Shown here in pieces: positions 50,701 through 59,700 of a stretch of 64,000 bases of DNA. This DNA comes from Iphione sp. A-MEVVRFRX5. Its lineage: Eukaryota. How positions within the stretch are numbered: the stretch's first letter is position 1; every line of letters begins with the position of its first letter. Below the pieces are notes generated by a model. That model was given only the letters and a program-made list of their open reading frames with translations, was not told the DNA's origin and ran no database searches. A program made the position numbers and the translations under genes. The stretch is taken from positions 12,028,001 through 12,092,000 of the forward strand of contig OZ320316.1 in NCBI GenBank assembly GCA_976226885.1, given 5' to 3'.

Positions 50701-53700
50701 TCTGTTGGGCGAAGGGACATTGACACAGAATCAACTAAATAACCCAAGAAAACAATACTCGTGTTAGGGTTCATTACTGACTTTTCATAATTTATGAAAA
50801 ACCCTAAATACAATAACAAATCCTCAGTCAACTTCACATGCTTTTTACATTGCTCATACGTGTCGGCAACTATCAAAATATCATCAATATAAGAGACGAT
50901 GACAACGCCTCTGTCTCTCAGGTACGCCAGGGGAGGGGCCATAACCTTAGTGAAAAGTCTAGGAGCGGAAGAGAGGCCGAAAGGCAAAGCATTATAGACA
51001 TAGGTGGACTGATTCCAAGAAAAAGAAAGAAACTTCCTGTGGGGTCTCCAAATAGGAATTGAATGATAAGCATTCTTTAAATCTATTGAAGCCATGTAAG
51101 AAGAAGGACCAATTAAAGGTAGGACAGATTCCAAGGTTTCCATTTTGAAATGTCTATAAAAAATGAACTTATTAAGCTTAGATAAATCCAAAATCATACG
51201 AAAAGACCCATTTGGTTTTGGTCGTAAGAAAATGTTTGAGAAAAAAGAGTCAGGTGGAGGATCAGTAACTAAGGAAATGGCCCCCGAGCGCAACAAATTA
51301 CCTAATTCATCCGCGATAAACCCATTCTCTTCTTCTGAAAACACAATGGGCTTTGGTCTAGAGAATTGAAATGGGTTAAGGGCAAAATCCAAATGGTAAC
51401 CCCCAATCGCCTGAAGAACCTCAAAATCAGAGGATAAAGTTTGCTAACGCCTCTTACATGATGACAAGCACCCAGCGACAAAAGTTACTTCCTCACCTGA
51501 GCCCCCATCACCTGCTTCTGAGGAGGCGCAGGAAGAGCCATCAGTGGCTGGACATTCGCCTGCTGCTGCTGAAATTGGGAAGGGACAGGGTAAGACTTCT
51601 TAAGATTTGTGAAAAACTCATACCCAATGGGGGAATGAACGCACTTGTCCATAAAACCAACCACCTTGTCTTTCGCTGGAGGGCCCACCGTAGGATCTGT
51701 GGACAACTCCGCTGAAGCAGAGTCCAGAAAATCCTCAGGTTCATTTGCAGGACCCTCATCTGAAGAAGCCGCCTCACCTCCTGAGCTAGACCCAGAAGAC
51801 GACACAGAATGTTCCCGTTTACGTTTCCTGGACTTGGAACCGGCAGCATGGGCGCCATCTTGACCGTCTTGAACACGGTCACCACCACCTCGTGGGACCG
51901 GGCAGGGTTGAGGATCCCCAAGGGCAGCCACAGTATCAGCAATGACATTGATTCCATCTGCCAAATTTTTCCCCAAACTGGAATCCAACGACTGAATACT
52001 AGAGCCTACTGACTGAATTCCAGAAACAAAAGTCTGCTGAAGACTCAAAATAGCTTGCAACAAAGGGTCAGTAGGGGCATCGGGTGTGGTACCGGCACCT
52101 GGACTCCCAGAACCCGGCTGATTGGCCGCGGCTATCGTTTGAGGTGTGAGGGTGGGCGGGGGTGAAGTAGGTGGAGTATTGTGAGGTGCACCTGAAGTGG
52201 ACTGGCCCTTCGACTGGCGGTCAGGCGAAACATCCCTAGATTTCTTCGCCGGTGGCTCACTAGAGCCAACAGAATCAGAACGCTTCTTCGACTGTGGAGT
52301 TTTCTTTAACCCCCTAGCAGTCTTCTTGCCCTTTTTCTTGGCCATATCTACTTCTTCATCCAAAAAAGAATCCAAAGAGAAGGGAGGGGAAGCCATACTA
52401 GTCACTGGTATCAACCGTATGAACACCACTGGGCGGCCTTGTGGCAGGTGTTAGGGCAAATTAGTATAGAACCCCCAAACTCAAGTAAAAGGAATGGGCT
52501 GGAATAGATATAAAGTGTACTTAACCAACAACACGCCGCAGCAGGTCCAAAAAGTCCAAGTCCAAGGTTCCAGAAACGTGATACCAGCAAGACCTAGGCT
52601 AGGCAGCGAAGCGCGTCCGAGCTGAGCCGCAACTACAAAGCAACTGACGTGTCCAGGCTGAGCCACGTGACTACCACGGAAGCCCTCTAGTGGGCATATA
52701 TTGAATTAAAATTCCTGGTTAAAGATACAATGAAATGAAATGAAAGATGTTTTCTTCGTTAAACATCAGTTGTAAGTTGGTGGATCTTCATATTATGCTC
52801 CAAGATTAAATGGCTGCGGTGATTGAAATAGGAAATATAGGTTTTTTTTTTTAATCAGTTCTAGGGTTGTTTCTAGAGGGTGACAGTACAACACACGCAT
52901 GGTTTGTGAAGGAAGCCACTTTGATTTGAGATCATGAGAGTTTGTTCAATGCTAGTTTGTAATACAGTTGTGAATCGCCAACCAGGTGCCTCCTGTTTCT
53001 GTATATTTTGTACGGATACCGGATAATCCGGTTACTGAGACAGGAAAACATTACTTTACATCTGTTCCTCAAGTTGAATCTGCTTAATGCAGTGTTCTGG
53101 TTGTCAAGTCTCTTGATGGTGAGGTTCAGTTGTATTTACCCATCAAGTGTATACCCATACATCGTAAAGGTCGTCGTTTTGGTGAGTTGAATATTTTAAG
53201 GGCCAAAATTTACTTCATTCTGGACAGAGCCTGGTAGGAGCTGGTTAGGGGCAATAATGATCGAACTATATCAAACTTCTGGTATCTCTCAATATGATTT
53301 AATAAATAATGATTCTATAACTTTTCCCATGTAAACATCTGTATGATGCTACCCTGTAAACAAGACAGAAATCTGATGATTGCTGCTCATATAACCTAAT
53401 AAAGGAACATCCTGATTTGAGCCGACAGTGTTAGAATTGAATTGCAAAGTCAACTCTTTTTCATTTCTTTTAAACAAGTAATCTGGCATCAGCTTTTATG
53501 CCAGAGCTGCACATATTTTGTCTTTATATACCAAGCAGCAGTATAAATGAATCATTTACTATTCTATTATAAATGATATATATACTTATCACGCCTGGAA
53601 TAGAACAGAACTCTCTACTTCATGTATATCATCAATCATCACTATGGAGCACGGCAATATTTCATCTCCTTCTCCTTCTACTTAAAAGCTCAGCTATGTG

Positions 53701-56700
53701 AGAATAATAAGCGAGAAAAACTCATTTCCACATATTTTATTGCTGAGCCCTCGTAGGCGCGTACTGGGATGCCTTTGGTTTCATAATTCCTGGTATTCCA
53801 CCAACTTTTTATACTTCTTACTATAATTTTCTGCTTTCTGCATAGAGAGGGTGTCGATTAGATGACAAAATTCTGAGCAAATGACGGCTGGCATCAAATT
53901 GTAATAACTCTTATACCAGATTTCGAAATATTCATTAAATGCCTCCTCCGTGTTTCGCCGGGGGGAAGGGGTAAAATTTCTGCTTAATCACAACTTTATC
54001 TATTTAAATTCATCACTCATTCCCACCGCCCCCCTACTACGTTTCTCAGTAATTAGAATCAGCATTTCCCAGGACTTCGAAAGCTTTATTATTGGATACA
54101 GTGTGCTTTGCAAAATTTCATGATATGACTGTACCAATTTCTATTGTATTACATCCAACAGTACCAACTTCTATTCGTCGCATTAAAAACATGTTAACCT
54201 TTAAATCACTTGGAATTACACAACGAAAAAAGCCAGCAGCAAGACATCAAATATAAATTTATAGCATTGAAGCCAATGGTTTACGAGGAGACAAACCTAC
54301 AAGATCATAAGGGACAGTCAGATGGTTTGACAGCAATATTCTAAGAGCCCCCCCACACACACACACACACAAACACCTTGTATGAGGGGATAACAATAGG
54401 AACATTTGTGTGAAGATGCCATAGCGCCATGTGGTACACTGAACCTACCTACTGGTGTAGAGCCAGAGGTGCGTGTGTCAATCAACACATAGGTAACGTT
54501 CACATCACGCACGTGTGTGACACCCCGGACAGCTTTGAACGGGGAGACAGGAGGTGAGGGCATTATTGAACCTACCTATTGGTGTAGAGCCAGAGGTGGC
54601 GCGTGTCAATCAACACGTAGGTGACGTTCACATCACGCACATGTGTGACACCACGGACAGCAATGAAAGGGGAGACGGGAGGTGGAGGCATCACCAGGGA
54701 AACAGACTTGCGGGTGGCCCTTGAGAGGATGCGTATGCTGGAAAAAAAGAAGGAAATTTGTACAGGTACACCTCTACAATACCACTACAATACTGCTTAC
54801 CTGCCATAATTTGTACCTGCACCATACCATCTACCTACCATTTTTTTACCTGTACCATACCATCATGATTCCTGCTGAAACGCTACAAGTTCATTAATTC
54901 TTGGTGAAGCGTTATTCGCTCATCTTATAAGTGTTACGGCTGCATATGATTCTTGGTGAAGCATTATTGAGAATACTCTGACCCCCCGTGTGTGGTCACC
55001 TCTCAACAGTCATAAACAGAAGGGAAATAAGACTGACTGCTGTGGATGCTTGGTTCTTGACGATGGTGGCCTCCATCAAGGTTCGGTGTCCCACCTGAGT
55101 TGTGGGAGGTGTGTACGTTGTGTAGGTGTGTACTATACTTAACCCTTTCCATGCTGAATTCGGTGACTGCTGGCAATGCTTGGTTCTTGACAATGGTGGC
55201 CTCCGTCAAGGTTTGGTGTCCCACCTGAGTTGTGGGAGGTGTGTACATTGTGTAGGTGTGTACTGTACTTAATCCTTTCCATACTGAACTCAGTTATTGC
55301 TGGGGATGCTTGGGTCTTGATAATCATGGCCTTCATCAAGGTTCGGTGTCCCACCTGAGTTGTGGGAGGAGTGTACGTTGTGTAGGTGTAGACTGTACTT
55401 AACCCTTTCCATGCTGAACTCACCTGCTGTCCTCTCCCACAGCCACCAGGCGTGTGGACTTGCCATGTCCCGGAGCGATCTGTAGACTGGAGAGCTTGCA
55501 GCGAGCAATAGACCAGAAGGTGGTGGTCGTATTGAGGGACCAGACCGACAGCGAACGAGATGTCCCCAGGTACAGGAGGTTGTCATCGGTGAGGCCCATC
55601 CATCGCACCCCTTCCGTCGACACCACCAAACTGAAGTGAAAATCAATGGGTCTGAATACAGTCAACTCTCACTCAAAGACCGGATCACAGGAGAGACCTA
55701 ACCTGCAGAAAGACGGCTTTTAGCAAAACCCAAAGTATTATGTAATTCTATATTGAAAGAGACTACAGGAAGGGGAGACAAGACCTCAACAGAGACCAGA
55801 TTTCTCTGGTACTATAGGTGGTCTCATAGGTGAGAGTTGACTGTACTCAACTATATTCATAACGAAACCTACTGCTCATACAGTAAAAACCCCGCAGAGA
55901 TGTATCAAGCTAGGGGCTGGTAAATGCTGCTCTCTCCCTAGGTTTAGACTCATTAGGCAACATCTATATGCAGTAAGCCTGCATTTCCTGAAAACTCAGT
56001 ACATGAACTTAACTCACATCTGAACCCTATTTTGAGATGCAATTGTTTCCAAAATAATGTAAAATGTCCTCTGTATCCAAACCTACCTCATTATGAGGCA
56101 ATATGTTTAGACTAGAGACGTATCCGTTTTCAGTAAACACAAGCCTCTGGGTTTGGTCTCCTCTTTGATCTAAGGGTTTACATATTGATAGTCAACGTTT
56201 GGTGAAGTATATTTACCACATTGCCCGAGGCCGCAGGCCGAGGGAGAAAGTGGATAAAATAGTTCACCAAAAGTATAGTATCCATATTTAAACCCTGTTC
56301 TGACCATGATAATAAAGCAAAATGGATGAAATACATAAAAATCCTACCAAAAAAACAACCTCCTTGTTCAACTTTAGACACAAACGTCTTGAATCGCCAT
56401 ATTGGCAATTTACTTTTGATATGTAGAATTACATTAGCTAAAAAAAAATATCAAGTCTTGTTGGTGCAAGAGTTCATCTTCAGATAACGTGACCTTCTTT
56501 TGTGTGCTCGGGAAGGAGTAAATAGCTACAAGAACCAATAGATGGGTTAAAGGACGTCAAGACTTCCCTATTATTACTGGAGCACGATTCTCATATATGA
56601 GGTCAACATTCCAACCCCCTGACCACTAAAGTATGACACCTACAGGAATATTCCTGAATGTGGGATATACCGTACAGTCGAAACCCTATTTTTTGCGACC

Positions 56701-59700
56701 TGACACGGGAACCAAAATATTAATTTCTATATATTTGATATCCTATTTGTGATCAAATTTGCCAATGCGACCATTTGAGCTTGGACCAGAGTGGTGGCTG
56801 CAAATAAGGGTTCAACTGTAATATGACAAGATTTAACTGAGTTTATATTCCTTTACTTCTCTGCACATGTGGTATCGTTTTCATGGCATCCTGTGTGGTG
56901 GTGTCTCATTCAGTGTTGTTACCCTGATGTTACCTGGTTGGTACTGGTATGCCCACAATACACTTACCTGTAGATGGGCTCGAGGATGTCGAGTGACCAC
57001 ATGCGAATGGTGCCATCCAGTGATGATGTCAGCACCAGGGAGGTGTTCTCCGGGTGCAGGATGAGGTCTGTGACAGCTTGCGCATGTCCTCTGAAGGTGT
57101 GCACCAGCCCTCCGGTAATACTCCAAACTTTGACTGCCAAGCAAAAAAACATACATGGGTGAATCAGTAATGTAAAATGTTTTTCTTGTGGAACATTTTC
57201 CCTTATTCAAGGTAGCATCAGCAGGACCAGCGTTATTTGCCACGTTCTCCGTATGAATGAGTCATGTACACAGCTTGCTCTGAGATGTACATTGGTACTA
57301 TGGTCCATGTAAGGTAAAACCTAGCGTGAGTTTGACTCAAAAAAAAAAGTAATGTAAAAAAGGATTGGATTAACACCAGAAGGTCATATACAAAGCCCTC
57401 AGAATTACAAACCAAACCTTCAAATAAATAAAGATTACACTCCTGCACAGCTTTTAGACTCATCTACTTACCTTCTCTATCTGCCGACGCTGTCACCAGG
57501 TGGCGTGCTTGCATGGAGTAAGCACAACCCGTGATGGACATGGCGTGTGCCCTGCAGTATAGGAGAAATAAGAATAAAGAAAACCTTTGAGGTCTATTGT
57601 CCCGTCCCTACCAGGAGTGTCAAGTATACCTAATAATACATGTAAGTGGCCATTTCATGGTTGACTGCACCTCCGCTACCCACCAGACCGGCAAGATCTC
57701 TTTCTATGATATCTAGATCACTTCAAATGACATCAAAGTAGCCTGATAACAAGGACCCATATAGCAGAACAATACATCAAAACTTCTAACCATGATGGAG
57801 TGTTGGAGGGTTGGACTGAAGTACAGCGGAACCCCTCTACTACTACGACCAGCAAAGGGACTGACCATAAACTGTCCATAAATTGGGGTGTCCTTAATGG
57901 CAGGAGTATTTAAACATGAATATATAGATTTTACTTCTGTTTCTAGTTTGTCCATAATGTGGAGTGTCCTGAATAGAGGGCTGTCCGTAATGAGGGGTTC
58001 CAGTATAGTCCTAGAGTCCTCCCTCTACTGGGCAGGGGACTTAAAAATCATACAGTATAAATGTTTTTACCTGAATCTTTATCACATCCTTATCAACTGT
58101 TAATTGCAAAGTTACACTCAGGCCTCATTATCCCAAACTCCTTCCTCTCTACAGAATTTCAGCCCCTAAAACTTGTCTGGAAGCTTAGAATGTACACTAT
58201 GCGGTGGGGAACAACTAGGACCAAGGGTCCATGTAGGAAATCATTATATCAAAAATTTACAACATTTAGTACAGTGAGTTTAGGAGAAGATAGAATCACA
58301 GGTTCACGACAGAGGGTCACATGGCTGGACAGCAGCATTCCTAGCATCTGCCCACTCCTCTTGGAGGTGGGGGGCTAACTGAAGCTTACCTCTCAAAGCG
58401 GAAGAGGCTGTTGCCATCCATGTCGTAGGCTTGGAGGTCCGTATCAGAGCAGCAGTAAAGATGCTGCTGCTGCAGGTCCAGCTCCACCTTCTTCACCCAG
58501 CTACCACCCACGTTCTTCAGCTCATACTGAAAGGGATCATTAGGAGATGGCAATGGACCCATGGCGAAGTGAGGAAAAGAAACAGTTACAAAGCAAATTT
58601 TGGCAGATACCTTTCCAACTATATTGTTGTGAAAAAAAAATTACATGTGCAGTTCTACCCGTTTGGCTCAGGATTCTCATCAATTAAAGCATTCCAGGGA
58701 AAACTTGAAAATCGACATGAATTTTCCTAATCTCCCTCTGTATCTTTGTCTCTGTGTTTCTATCAGTCTGACTATTCCTTAGTTTAAGTCCTTCTCAACA
58801 GCTTTCTATCTGCCTGTTTGTCCCAGTATGTCTACCTGTTCTATTTGTCCCAGTATAGCCCTTGTTTTCTCTGACCCTATCCCTCCCTCCCCTCGTCTCA
58901 CACTCACTACATTTGACTTCTTCGGTTTCTGTATTTTGTGTGTAGTGTGTGTGTGTGTGTCTCTCTCTCACACACAATCTCTCTCCCTCCCTCCTCCCCC
59001 TCTCTCTCTGTCTCTGTCTCTCTTAATCTATTTCTGTCTGTCCTTTGCTATTTTTCTTTCCCCGGCTGGCTATCTTTTCTCTGTCTAGCCCTCCCTAGTA
59101 ATAAAAGTTGATGTATTTCACTCTGTATCTCCATGTGTCTGTTAGTCTTTTGATTTTGTGCTGCTCTGTCTACCTATCTCTTTCAAACTGTCTGTCTGCC
59201 TTTCCTTCTCGTACTTTACCCTTCCTTACTGTCTCTGTCTCGGCTTCTTGCTGTATCTCTTTCTCCCTGTCTCCATTTTGTCTATCTCTATCTCCTTATT
59301 TCTCCATCTTGAACTCTAGCACAGCTCCTCCACTTTTGTATTATCTCCCCCCTGTCTTCCCTCTTCCATCTGTCTCTGCGCCTTTCGCTATGCATGGCCC
59401 TCTCCTCTCCCTTTCTTTTCTTCTCTCTTTCTGTACTTAATAAATGCTGGGACACCCTTGTTACTTACCTTGAGTGTTAGCTTGTAGTTTGCCATGGGTC
59501 TGATCTCCTTCCAGGTCTTGTTGGCCACCTGGTGGTAGCGCCATACTTTCGTGCCCCCAACACCACCTGTGACCAGTTCATCCCTCACCGGATTGAACAG
59601 CATGAAGAGAACAGACCTCAAGTCTGCGCTCACCCTGCAGGTCTCATCAAAGTCCCGGTTCATCACCTGTAGGTCAAGACCCTATTAGATAAGAGAAGCT

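Larger units (their letters stand above)
48344..52708 (-). mobile_element. DIRS1-type tyrosine-recombinase retrotransposon, structurally complete
   Basis: Order gag -> RT/RNaseH/MT -> overlapping YR -> ICR -> right ITR plus extension; 62-bp ITRs; ICR complementary to both element ends; no TSD. Confidence 0.95.
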
